Below are positions 23,865 to 32,000 of a stretch of DNA of 32,000 nucleotides, piece after piece. Each line of letters opens with the position of its first letter. Positions within the stretch are counted from its first letter, which is position 1. The notes under the pieces are model-generated. The model saw only the letters and a list, made by a program, of their open reading frames with translations, searched no databases and had not been told where the DNA came from. The position numbers and the translations under genes are program-made. The stretch is from Gemmata obscuriglobus. Its GTDB lineage: Bacteria > Planctomycetota > Planctomycetia > Gemmatales > Gemmataceae. The stretch spans positions 540,001-572,000 of the forward strand of contig NZ_CP042911.1 in assembly GCF_008065095.1 (NCBI RefSeq), in the 5' to 3' direction.

Positions 23865-24605
23865 ATGATCCGCCTCGGCGTTAACATCGATCACGTCGCC
23901 ACGCTGCGCCAGGCGCGCCGGGCGCACGAGCCCGACACGGTCGCGGCCGCCGTGCTGGCCACGCTCGGCGGGGCCGACGGGATCACGATCCACCTCCGCG
24001 AGGACCGCCGGCACATCCAGGACCGCGACGTGTTCCGCCTGCGCGAGACGGTCACCACGCGGCTGAACCTCGAAATGGCCGCCTACGACGAGATCGTCGA
24101 GATCGCACTGAAGGCGCGGCCCGACGAGGTCACACTGGTGCCCGAGAAGCGCCAGGAACTGACCACCGAGGGCGGGCTGGATGTCGTTGCCAACGCCGCG
24201 AGCGTTCGGGGCGCGGTCGAGCGCCTGAAGGGCGCCGGCGTCCACGTCTCGCTGTTCATCGATCCGGACCCGGCGCAAATCGACGCCAGCGCGCAGTTCG
24301 GCGCGGACGCGATCGAGTTCCAGACCGCGAGCTATTCGGAAGCGAAGGGCGCGGCGGTGGAGGCGGAGCTGGAGAAGCTCCGGACGGCCACCGCGCGGGC
24401 CGTCGGGCTGGGGCTGCACGTCCACATGGGCCACGGGCTGAACTACTGGAACGTGCAGCCCATCGTGCGGATCGCCGGCGTGGAAGAGCTGAACATCGGG
24501 CACAGCATCGTGTCCCGCGCGGTGCTGGTCGGCATGGAGCGGGCGGTGCGCGAGATGAAGCAGGTGATGCAGGAACACTACCCCAACCCGCGCAAGAGCG
24601 GCTGA
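23865..24605 (+). CDS. pdxJ: Pyridoxine 5'-phosphate synthase
   Basis: [69 protein letters not shown] and ELNIGHSI are present. Confidence 0.95.
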   Translation: MIRLGVNIDHVATLRQARRAHEPDTVAAAVLATLGGADGITIHLREDRRHIQDRDVFRLRETVTTRLNLEMAAYDEIVEIALKARPDEVTLVPEKRQELTTEGGLDVVANAASVRGAVERLKGAGVHVSLFIDPDPAQIDASAQFGADAIEFQTASYSEAKGAAVEAELEKLRTATARAVGLGLHVHMGHGLNYWNVQPIVRIAGVEELNIGHSIVSRAVLVGMERAVREMKQVMQEHYPNPRKSG

Positions 24606-24652
24606 GGTACAACGGCCGCGAAGACAGAAGAGTTAGCCACAAAGAAGCACAA
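24606..24652. repeat. Left part of a family-A REP/MITE-like element split by the IS
   Basis: ggtacaacggccgc...agccacaaagaagcacaa starts 1 nt after the pdxJ stop. Its partner arms lie at 25961-26155. Confidence 0.85.
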
Positions 24653-25960
24653 CAGGGCAAACGCACTCAATCCTCGGGATTTTTCAGTAGTACCTGTTCG
24701 AGGTAGGTATTATCCCATCCGGCCTTGAGTCGCCGGTTCTTGATCCCACATTTGGCGTTTGCCTTCTTCAACATCGCCAAGGCGATCTTGCGCACGAGGG
24801 CCATATTCTGCGGGCCGTGCCCTTCACGGAGTCGGTGGTCGTCTTCTCGGAACGCGACATCCAGCACCCAATGGCATGAATTCTCGATGCACCAATGAGC
24901 CCGGATCCACGTTTGGAACCGCTTGGCCGATGCCTTCCGCGAGCTGATGTAATACCGCACCTCGTCGCTCGTCCTACCGGCGACCGTGCGGCTGCTGACG
25001 AGCACCACGACGGACCGCAACCGGGGCCACACATTCCGGTCCCGGATCGACTCCAGGTCGTCGATCACGAAGCAGAACCGCATCTCCTCGCGCCCGTGGC
25101 CCGTTCCTTCGTTGAGGTCGGTCGAGCGGCCCGCGTAGCTCGCCTCTAGGGCCCCCTCGGCCAACCGCTGGATGTCCTCGAGCAGCCGCGGCTGGTTGTC
25201 CTTGACCGCCAGCAGGTAGTCCCCCTTGGCGGCCACGATCTGCTGGGCGATGTCCTTCTGGGTGCCCATCGCGTCGATGCTCACCAGGGCCCCCGCGAGG
25301 TCCAGCCGCTCCAGCAGTTCCGGGATCGCGGTGATCTCGTTGGACTTCTCGTCGGTCTTCACCTGGGCCAACGTGAGGCCCAACTGCTGAGCCCATGCGC
25401 TGACGATGTGTGTGGCCTTGCGAGCCCCCGTGCCGGTGACCCGCTTGGACCCCCGCATGGTCTTCCCGTCGATCGGGATGTGGGGCACCCGGAGGCCCTC
25501 GGCGGCGTCCGCGACCCACGCCCGGAAGCACCGCCCGAACGCCTCCGGGCGGACCAGCGCGAACACCCGGTTGAGGGTGTCGTGGGACGGAATCCCGTTG
25601 CGCAGCGTCAGCCCCAGCCGGTCCCGGAACCAGGACTCCTTGGCCCGCGCGAACTCGGCGATCGACACGAAGTCATCGGCCCCGACGATCGTCCCACAGG
25701 TCACGATCATGAGTACATCAATCAAGTCGTGGAAGCACTTCAACTCGACCCGCGGATCCGGGATCTGGGACAGGTACTCGATTAACGGGCGTGGGCCGGG
25801 GGCGGCACTCATCGGCAGACTCCGAGGCGGTGAGGGCGCGCCAGAATCATATGGAGGCGGGGCCGCACATGCGCAGGAGGCGAGCGATGGCCGCTCGATC
25901 ACACGCCTCAAAATTAGCTAGAATCCAGCGATTCCTAGGGGATTGAGTGCGTTTGCCCTG
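24653..25960 (-). mobile_element. ISAs1-family insertion sequence, apparently intact (1308 bp)
   Basis: Perfect 21-bp terminal inverted repeats: CAGGGCAAACGCACTCAATCC at 24653-24673 and its complement at 25940-25960. Flanked by a 9-bp direct repeat GAAGCACAA (24644-24652 and 25961-25969). Single uninterrupted transposase ORF. Confidence 0.88.
24667..25812 (-). CDS. ISAs1-family (H-repeat-associated type) DDE transposase
   Basis: ATG at 25812 (MSAAPGPRPLIEYLSQIPDPRVELKCFHDLIDVLMIVTCGTIVGADDFVSIAEFAR is the typical ISAs1 N-terminal block). PIDGKTMRGS, VSIDAMGTQKDIAQQI, DYLLAVKDNQ, YYISS and IRAHWCIENSCHWVLDVAFRED are present. The stop codon lies inside the left IR. Confidence 0.9.
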   Translation of the reverse strand: MSAAPGPRPLIEYLSQIPDPRVELKCFHDLIDVLMIVTCGTIVGADDFVSIAEFARAKESWFRDRLGLTLRNGIPSHDTLNRVFALVRPEAFGRCFRAWVADAAEGLRVPHIPIDGKTMRGSKRVTGTGARKATHIVSAWAQQLGLTLAQVKTDEKSNEITAIPELLERLDLAGALVSIDAMGTQKDIAQQIVAAKGDYLLAVKDNQPRLLEDIQRLAEGALEASYAGRSTDLNEGTGHGREEMRFCFVIDDLESIRDRNVWPRLRSVVVLVSSRTVAGRTSDEVRYYISSRKASAKRFQTWIRAHWCIENSCHWVLDVAFREDDHRLREGHGPQNMALVRKIALAMLKKANAKCGIKNRRLKAGWDNTYLEQVLLKNPED

Positions 25961-26155
25961 GAAGCACAAAGGGCACAAAAGAAAACCAATACAGAAGAGC
26001 AGTGTTCTGAAACGCACTCTTCCTCTTCGGTTTTCTTTTGTGCCCTTTGTGCTTCTTTGTGGCTAACTCTCTTCTGTGTTCCTCTTCGGTTTTCTTTTGT
26101 GCCCTTTGTGCTTCTTTGTGGCCAATCTGCCTTCTGCCTTTGCGGCCGTTGTACC
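25961..26155. repeat. Right part of the split family-A REP/MITE-like element (includes a 59-bp tandem duplication)
   Basis: Arms complementary to 24606-24652. The tcctcttcggttttcttttgtgccctttgtgcttctttgtggc module occurs twice (26021 and 26080). The terminal gcggccgttgtacc (26142-26155) pairs with ggtacaacggccgc (24606-24619). The element ends 3 nt before the surA-like stop. Confidence 0.85.
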
Positions 26156-26158
26156 CGC

Positions 26159-27421
26159 TCACTCATCGAAGACGCGGACGACGCCCTTGCGCCACAGCTC
26201 GTCCACGAGCTTCTGGTACTCGCTCTCCATTTGAGCCCGGGTGAGCTTGTCGCGGATCTTGCTCTGAAGGGCCGCGTCGAACGGCTGAACGCCCGCCATG
26301 TCGCGCTCCACAACCTTTACGAGGTGGTAGCCGGTGGGCGTTTGGAGGATGCCGCTCACCTGCCCGGGTTGCAGCGACCACACCGTGGCTTCCAGGTCCG
26401 CGGGCTGGATCTCGTTACGCTTCTCGCCGGCGCCCAACCCCTTCTGCTGCTTCGCGAACCCCTCGTCGTACTTCATCGACAGTTCGGCCAGGTCGGCACC
26501 GCTGTTCGCCTGCTGAGCGAGTGCCGCGGCCTGGTTGTACGCCGCCTGGGCGTTCGGGTAGTTCCGCACCGCGATGAACAGGTGCTGCCACACCACCCGG
26601 TCCGGCCGCCGGAACTCGTCCGGGTGCTGGTCGTAGTAGGCGCGCACTTCGGCCAACCCGGTGCGGCGGCTCTTCTCCTTCAGCACGCTGCTCACGTACT
26701 GCTCGGCCATGAACTGGCGCTCCATCTGGCGCCGGATCACCGGCACCGTCAGCCCCTGGGTGCGGAGGATCGCCGCGAACTCCTCCTCCGATTTCGCCCC
26801 GGTGTCCTTGCGGAACATGCGCAACTGCCGGTCGATCGACTGCGTGGCCAGCTCCTTGACTTCGTCGATGATGGCCATCTTGTTGGCCTTCTTGAGCTTC
26901 GTGTACATCTCGTCGAGGATCAGCTCCCGCTCGATCGTCTTGCGCAGCACCTGGTTGTACATTTCTTTCTGTTTGGCCGAGCGGGCGTGCCCGTCGAGCG
27001 CGGCCAGTTCGCGGAACTGCTGGTACACGCCCTCGACCACCTCCTGGTCGGTGATGACGTTGTTCTCGCCCACCCGCGCGACGATCTTGACCCGCGGGAC
27101 GCTGCTGCGGAGCAGGTCGGCCGCGGTGATCGCCGTTTTGGCCGGCCCGTTCAAGCCCACCGGGACGACGGGGCCTTTCGTGTCGACCGCGAACGTCCCG
27201 ACCGGGCTCCCCATTACGGGAGCCAGTGCGGGCGCGAGCGGCGGCGCGTTCGCGGGCGGTGCGGGGGGGGCGACCGGAGCGAGTGGGGCGATCGGGTCGA
27301 GTGGGGGTTGCTGCCCGCGCGCGGCTGCGATCTGGCTCGCCCGGTCCGACTGGCACCCGAGGAGGGCGGCCAGTCCGACGGCCAACAGGGAACAGCGGCA
27401 CAGCGGGTTCGCGGCGTCCAT
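26159..27421 (-). CDS. SurA/PrsA-like parvulin-type peptidyl-prolyl isomerase, lipoprotein
   Basis: ATG at 27421. Lipobox-like LAALLGC. Pro/Ala-rich linker. SurA-like N-terminal chaperone region. Parvulin motif QPGQVSGILQTPTGYHLVKVVERD. The track ORF extends artefactually to 27829. Confidence 0.85.
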   Translation of the reverse strand: MDAANPLCRCSLLAVGLAALLGCQSDRASQIAAARGQQPPLDPIAPLAPVAPPAPPANAPPLAPALAPVMGSPVGTFAVDTKGPVVPVGLNGPAKTAITAADLLRSSVPRVKIVARVGENNVITDQEVVEGVYQQFRELAALDGHARSAKQKEMYNQVLRKTIERELILDEMYTKLKKANKMAIIDEVKELATQSIDRQLRMFRKDTGAKSEEEFAAILRTQGLTVPVIRRQMERQFMAEQYVSSVLKEKSRRTGLAEVRAYYDQHPDEFRRPDRVVWQHLFIAVRNYPNAQAAYNQAAALAQQANSGADLAELSMKYDEGFAKQQKGLGAGEKRNEIQPADLEATVWSLQPGQVSGILQTPTGYHLVKVVERDMAGVQPFDAALQSKIRDKLTRAQMESEYQKLVDELWRKGVVRVFDE

Positions 27422-27506
27422 GCCCGGCCTCGGCGCGTGAGTGCGTGGTGATGCGCCGTGGCTATATCGTCTCTCGCGAGGAGTGCAAGTGGGAACAGCG
27501 GCGATT

Positions 27507-27758
27507 TCAGCGACGCCCCCCGGCGCGGAACTCGGCCTCGCGCCGGGAACGCTCCTCCCACACCTCGCGGTCGGAGGCCGTTGGGTCGTTGACGGGTGGC
27601 GCCGCCTGTGCTGCGGCGGCCCGCAGCTCCCACTCGCGCGCGTCGCGCTCGCGGACCCGCTCCGAAAGGTGGTCCCGGCGGGCGCAGGCGCAGCCGCCGG
27701 CAAGCGGGGCGCCCAGCAGCGCCAGCACGAACGCCCGACGGCCCAGTGGCGCGAACAT
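27507..27758 (-). CDS. Small hypothetical lipoprotein
   Basis: ATG at 27758. MFAPLGRRAFVLALLGAPLAGGC has lipobox-like features. Charged helical remainder. GC3-rich. No family recognised. Confidence 0.45.
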   Translation of the reverse strand: MFAPLGRRAFVLALLGAPLAGGCACARRDHLSERVRERDAREWELRAAAAQAAPPVNDPTASDREVWEERSRREAEFRAGGRR

Positions 27759-27991
27759 GTCAGAACGCCCCGGCACAGGTGGGAAAGAGATTCGGTCGAA
27801 GCGATAACGTGAGCGACGGGGTGGGGCAAGGAAAAAGTCGACGGGCGCCGTTCAGTGTTCAGTGTTCAGTGTTCAGGGCAGTTCCGAGCTTAGCAGTTTC
27901 AAGTTCACGCGACTTTGGCGACCGGGCGGGGGACCCGAGCACGCCGAGGTCCCACCCGCCTGCTGACGCAGGCGGGTGGCGCCGACCGCAG

Positions 27992-29149
27992 TTATTTCCG
28001 GACGGCCGCGTACACGTCGCGCAGCGGAACGTTGTGCTCGCGCGCGACGCGGACGCAGTCCTCGTACTCGGGGGTGACGATCTCGAACCCGTCGCGCCAG
28101 CCGCGCTTGGCGTCCACCTGCCCCCACGGCGTTTCCACCGTAACGGCCTCCCGCCGCAGCTTCGCCCGCGCCGCGGACGTGCGCCGGACGCCGAACGTGC
28201 CCGTTTCGCGGAACAGGATCTCCTCGAACGCGGCGACATGCGCCGGGTCGCAGATCACGCTCAGCAGCACCCCGGGCCGGTGCTTCTTCATCTGCACCGG
28301 CACCGCGAACACGTCCAGCGCGCCGGCCTCGAACAGCCGCTCGATGGCGAACCCGATCACCTCGGGCGAAATGTCGTCGAGGTTCGTTTCCAGCACCGCG
28401 ACCGTGTCCGTTTCCTCGGCGGCCTGCGGCGCCGGCGCGGCGGTGCCCACCAGCAGCCGCAGGAGGTTGGGCTGCTCGATGAAGTCCTTCGTCCCCGAGC
28501 CGTGGCCGATCCGCTCGATCGTCAGCACCGGCGCGGCGGTGAACTCGCTCACCACGGCGGTGAGGATCGCCGCCCCGGTGGGGGTCGTGAGTTCCGCTTT
28601 GATCACCGACGGGGCGAGCGGCACGCCCTTGAGCAGTTCCGCGGTCCCCGGCGTCGGTACGGGCATGATCCCGTGGGCGCACTTCACCGTTCCGCTCCCC
28701 GTGGGGACCGGCGAGCTGGTGAACTTGTCCACCCCGAGCAGGTCCAGGCCGACCGCGGCGCCGACGATGTCCGCGATGCTGTCGAGCGCGCCGACCTCGT
28801 GAAAGTGGACCCGCTCGAGCGGCATCCCGTGGGCCGTCGCCTCGGCCACCGCGACCTTGCGGAAGATGGCGGCGGCGAGCCCGCGCTGCTTCTCGGTGAG
28901 GTCGCCCTTCGCCAGGATCGCCTCCACGTCCGGCAGGAACCGGTAGTCCTCCTGGTCGGCCGCCGTGACCGTCGCCTTGGTGGCCGCGAACCCGCACCGC
29001 TTCACCTTTTCGACTTCGAGCGAGATCGGGAGCCCGAGCGAATCCAGGGCGGCGCGGATCGCGTCCGCGGGCACGCCCGCGTCGATAACCGCGCCGAGCA
29101 CCATGTCCCCACTGATCCCGCTGAAGCAGTCGAAGTGAGCCACACGCAC
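27992..29149 (-). CDS. larC: Nickel-pincer cofactor biosynthesis protein LarC (DUF111, nickel insertase)
   Basis: GTG at 29149 after GGAGAA. VRVAHFDCFSGISGDMVLGA, HFHEVGALDSIADIVGAAVG and TPTGAAIL are present, plus a C-terminal domain (VLETNLDDISPEVIGFAIERLFEAGALDVF..MKKHRPG). The upstream 680 codons of the track ORF are antisense artefact. Confidence 0.9.
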   Translation of the reverse strand: MRVAHFDCFSGISGDMVLGAVIDAGVPADAIRAALDSLGLPISLEVEKVKRCGFAATKATVTAADQEDYRFLPDVEAILAKGDLTEKQRGLAAAIFRKVAVAEATAHGMPLERVHFHEVGALDSIADIVGAAVGLDLLGVDKFTSSPVPTGSGTVKCAHGIMPVPTPGTAELLKGVPLAPSVIKAELTTPTGAAILTAVVSEFTAAPVLTIERIGHGSGTKDFIEQPNLLRLLVGTAAPAPQAAEETDTVAVLETNLDDISPEVIGFAIERLFEAGALDVFAVPVQMKKHRPGVLLSVICDPAHVAAFEEILFRETGTFGVRRTSAARAKLRREAVTVETPWGQVDAKRGWRDGFEIVTPEYEDCVRVAREHNVPLRDVYAAVRK

Positions 29150-29251
29150 GGTTGTTCTCCAAACGGAACGAAGCCCTTCCCGGTGTTCTAGTGGCCGGAC
29201 GCCCCGCCGCGTGGCATAAACTGGTATCGCCCGTCCCGCGGAGGTCGTCGA

Positions 29252-31174
29252 GTGTCCGAATCGCACCCTTTGCTCGCGCGCCTGGTCGCGGCGGTCAACC
29301 CGGACGGCGGGTGGGGGTACACCGCCGGCACGGCCAGCCACCCGGAACCGACCTGCTTGGCGCTGCTGGCGCTGAGCACCGCGCGCGAGCCGTTCGCGCA
29401 GCCGATCGCGAACGGGCTGGCGGCGCTGGAGCGGCACCGGCAGCCGGACGGCGGCTACCAGCTCGCCGGCGCGCGCCCCGAGGCCGGCTGGCCCACCGCC
29501 ATCACGCTCTTCACGCAGCTCGCCCTCGGCGCGGGGCCGGAGCAGGTGAAGCCCACGGTCGCGCGCGTGCTCGGCACCGAGAGCCGGGCGGTCGAGGCGG
29601 TGCCCGAGACCGCCGACATGGAGAACGACATCGACTTGTCGCTCGTTGGGTGGCCCTGGGCGGCGACGAACTTCGGCTGGGTGGAGCCGACCGCGTGGGC
29701 GTGCCTCGCGCTGCGGGCCGCGGGGCTGGAACTGCACCCCCGGGTCCAGCAGGGGCTCAAGCTGCTCCTGGACCGCGCGTTCGACAGCGGCGGCGTGAAC
29801 TACGGGAACCGGGTGGTGCTCGGCACCGCGACCGAGCCGATCCCGGGGCCGACCGCGCTCATGCTGCTCGCGGTGCAGGGGGCGGTCGCGCACCCGCGGG
29901 TGGACGCCGCCGTGGGGTACCTGCGGGTCCACGCGGCGAAGTCGAACGACCTCGACCACCTCGCCTGGGCGCGCATCGCGCTGGGCGTTCACGACGCGGA
30001 CACCGCCACGCGCGAGCTGCTGCCGGAACTGGACAAGAAGGTCGCGGCCCTGGCGGCGGACCCGACCATCACCGTCCACCGGCTCGCCCTCGCGGCCCTG
30101 GCGGTGGCGGGCACGAACCCGATGCGCTTGCGGTACGGCGCGCACCCGGCCAGCCCGCTCGACGCGACCGCGGCGGCCCCGCCGGCCGCCGGGGGGGGGC
30201 TCCTCGCGAAGGTCGCGACCAAGTTCCGCGGCGCGATGGTCGCGGGGCTCGGCGCGCTGAAGCCGCTCCCGCCCACGTCGGCGGTCCACATCGCGCGGGC
30301 CGCGTCCTACGACGAGCCGCTCGCGGAGGTGCTCGCGGCGCAGTTCGCGCACTTCCGCCCGCACCTGCCGCTCGCGGGCAAGCGGGTGGTGCTGAAGCCG
30401 AACCTGGTCGAGTACCGGGCCGACCGGGTCATCAACACGGACCCGCGGGTCGTGGACGCCGTCATCACCCTGTGCAAGCAGGAGGGCGCGGCCGAGATCA
30501 TCGTCGCGGAAGGCCCCGGGCACTGGCGCAACGTCGAGTTCCTCGTGCGCGAGAGCGGCCTGGGTGCCGTCCTCGACAGGCACGGCGTGCGGTTCCTGGA
30601 CATCAACCACGACGAGCCCGTCAAGGTCCTCAACCTCGGCCGGCTCACGAAGCTCGACCACCTGTACATGTCGCGCACCGTGCTGGGGGCGGACGTGCTC
30701 GTCTCGCTGCCGAAGCTGAAGATGCACCACTGGGCGGGGGTGACGCTGTCGCTCAAGAACCTGTTCGGCACGCTGCCGGGGATCTGCTACGGGTGGCCGA
30801 AGAACGAGCTGCACTGGCGCGGCATCCCGCAGAGCATCGTGGACATCAGTTGCACCCACCCGGCGCACCTGTCGATCATCGACGGGATCGTCGGAATGGA
30901 AGGCGACGGGCCGCTGCACGGCACCGCGAAGCACGCCGGCGTGCTGGTGATGGGGCTGGACCCGGTGGCGGTGGACGCCACCGGCGCGCGGATCATGGGC
31001 CTGCCGCCGGAGCGGGTGCCCACCCTCGTGTACGCCGCGGCGAAGCGCGTCGGGCGGATCGCGGAGGCCGAGATCCCGCAGTTCGGGGAGCCGATCGCGG
31101 CCGTCGCGCAGACGTTCGCGCTGCCGCCGAAGATCGACCGCGAACTGCTCCCGCCGCCGAAGCAGACGGCGTGA
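29252..31174 (+). CDS. Fusion protein: prenyltransferase/squalene-cyclase-like alpha-toroid repeats + DUF362 domain
   Basis: GTG at 29252. The N-terminal half has DGGW-type repeats (NPDGGWGY, QPDGGYQL, GWPWAATNFGWVEPTAWACLAL, DSGGVNYGN). The C-terminal half matches the DUF362 pattern (GKRVVLKPNLV, NTDPRVVDAVI, IIVAEGPG, ADVLVSLPKLKMHHWAGVTLSLKNLFG, IIDGIVGMEGDGP, MGLDPVAVDATGARIMG). Confidence 0.8.
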   Translation: MSESHPLLARLVAAVNPDGGWGYTAGTASHPEPTCLALLALSTAREPFAQPIANGLAALERHRQPDGGYQLAGARPEAGWPTAITLFTQLALGAGPEQVKPTVARVLGTESRAVEAVPETADMENDIDLSLVGWPWAATNFGWVEPTAWACLALRAAGLELHPRVQQGLKLLLDRAFDSGGVNYGNRVVLGTATEPIPGPTALMLLAVQGAVAHPRVDAAVGYLRVHAAKSNDLDHLAWARIALGVHDADTATRELLPELDKKVAALAADPTITVHRLALAALAVAGTNPMRLRYGAHPASPLDATAAAPPAAGGGLLAKVATKFRGAMVAGLGALKPLPPTSAVHIARAASYDEPLAEVLAAQFAHFRPHLPLAGKRVVLKPNLVEYRADRVINTDPRVVDAVITLCKQEGAAEIIVAEGPGHWRNVEFLVRESGLGAVLDRHGVRFLDINHDEPVKVLNLGRLTKLDHLYMSRTVLGADVLVSLPKLKMHHWAGVTLSLKNLFGTLPGICYGWPKNELHWRGIPQSIVDISCTHPAHLSIIDGIVGMEGDGPLHGTAKHAGVLVMGLDPVAVDATGARIMGLPPERVPTLVYAAAKRVGRIAEAEIPQFGEPIAAVAQTFALPPKIDRELLPPPKQTA

Positions 31175-31247
31175 CGCTGGTGCGCGCACGCACGCGGGGT
31201 TAGACTAACGCCTCCCGGGGCGCCCGCCCCACTCCGAGGAGGCTCCC

Positions 31248-32000
31248 GTGTCACGAACGCTTCTCGCCTTCGCCTGTTGGCTCACCTTCGCCCCGGCGGT
31301 CCTGGGGCAACCCGCGGCGGGCGGCCCGCGCAAGCTGCTGTACCCGGCCGCGCCGGCCGACGTGCCGGCGGTGCTGCGCCCGCACGTCGAAAAGCTCCTC
31401 GCGACCGATCAGAAGCCGCTCGACCCGGGCGCCGCGAAGGCCGACGGCGTGTACCTCCGGGTGCTGTCGCGGCAGTACGCGGTGGACGCGGACCTGAAGC
31501 CGGCCGGCTGGCTCGGCACCCGGCCCGTCGTGTTCCTGACCGTGCCCGAGACCGCCTACGGCCGCGACCTGCTCGGCGTGCTGTCGGCCATCGGCTACGA
31601 CCCCGAGGACATCATCGACGCCGAGACCGGCGTGGAGAAGGTGGCGGTGGTGTTCGCGTACCCCGACACGGTCCGCGAGGCCGACCCGAAGGCCGACGCG
31701 GTCCCGGACGACTGGGACCGGCGCGTGTTCCCGTCCACGTGGGACAACCTGTTCGCGCTGGCCGACCGGAGCACGTCCGATAAGGAGCGATTCGCAGTAC
31801 GGCCGGAGGGCGACAGGTTCCAGCCGACCAAGTTCCAGTTCCGCTCGGAAAAGGAGGCGGCGTTCATCGCGAGCTTCCCGGACGCGGGCAAGAAGCGCGT
31901 GCGCGCGATCGAGTACGCCGCGCTCCGGGACGCGGGCGGGGCGGACTGGGTGTACCGGCAGTCGGTGGAGCGGTTGTTCGGCGCGTCCGAGCACTACACC
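31248..32000 (+). CDS. Secreted hypothetical protein (partial; runs off the window end)
   Basis: Not in the ORF track. GTG at 31248 lies 5 nt after GAGGAGG. My translation reads VSRTLLAFACWLTFAPAVLGQPAAGG... and stays open through 32000 (251 codons). GC3-rich and not low-complexity. Confidence 0.6.
   Translation, partial: MSRTLLAFACWLTFAPAVLGQPAAGGPRKLLYPAAPADVPAVLRPHVEKLLATDQKPLDPGAAKADGVYLRVLSRQYAVDADLKPAGWLGTRPVVFLTVPETAYGRDLLGVLSAIGYDPEDIIDAETGVEKVAVVFAYPDTVREADPKADAVPDDWDRRVFPSTWDNLFALADRSTSDKERFAVRPEGDRFQPTKFQFRSEKEAAFIASFPDAGKKRVRAIEYAALRDAGGADWVYRQSVERLFGASEHYT

Noticed and set aside
23343-24578. 411-aa minus-strand ORF opposite pdxJ
   Set aside because: It is antisense to an unmistakable PdxJ frame.
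25943-29191. Plus-strand ORFs 25943..27451 and 27596..29191, and minus-strand ORF 27873..29162
   Set aside because: They are antisense or off-frame to the SurA-like PPIase and LarC. The translations are Arg/Gly/Asp-rich with no motifs.
29150-31203. N-terminal 680 codons of ORF 27992..31189 (-) and ORF 29152..31203 (+)
   Set aside because: They are antisense or off-frame to the DUF362 fusion gene. LarC homology begins only at the GTG at 29149, which has its own RBS.
31251-31994. Minus-strand 247-aa ORF and plus-strand ORF 31277..31783 at the window end
   Set aside because: Both are Arg/Gly-rich off-frame readings. The plus frame starting at 31248 has an RBS, a signal peptide and normal composition.

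Overview
High-G+C bacterial chromosome segment. Gene content, many secreted proteins, an ECF sigma factor with a long C-terminal extension and abundant REP-like palindromes suggest a planctomycete, possibly Gemmataceae-like (inference only). The backbone is housekeeping and periplasmic genes: FKBP- and SurA-type PPIases, a PQQ-like beta-propeller, two YkgJ Cys-cluster proteins, fabH, a manA-type PMI, gatB, an M28 peptidase, a SASA-type esterase, pdxJ and larC. Accessory material interrupts it. (i) A visibly lower-G+C islet (about 7.4-12.4 kb) carries a translationally coupled KAP P-loop NTPase + NACHT-LRR pair with no recognisable effector domain; this is my top candidate for an undescribed conflict/defence module. 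(ii) An ECF sigma factor is fused to a cupredoxin-like domain that has lost its copper ligands, followed by a paralogue that keeps them. (iii) A 1-kb array of ten tRNA-like genes, several non-canonical and one with a disrupted acceptor stem, lies next to gatB. (iv) An intact ISAs1-family IS (21-bp IRs, 9-bp TSD) sits inside a REP/MITE-like palindrome, and there is also a decayed IS701-like remnant and at least five families of REP-like palindromes. (v) larC is divergent from a prenyltransferase-like/DUF362 fusion. Many long ORFs in the supplied track are off-frame or antisense artefacts of high G+C and were rejected. One plausible partial CDS (31248..32000 +) is missing from the track. All family calls rest on motifs read by eye; no database search was run.
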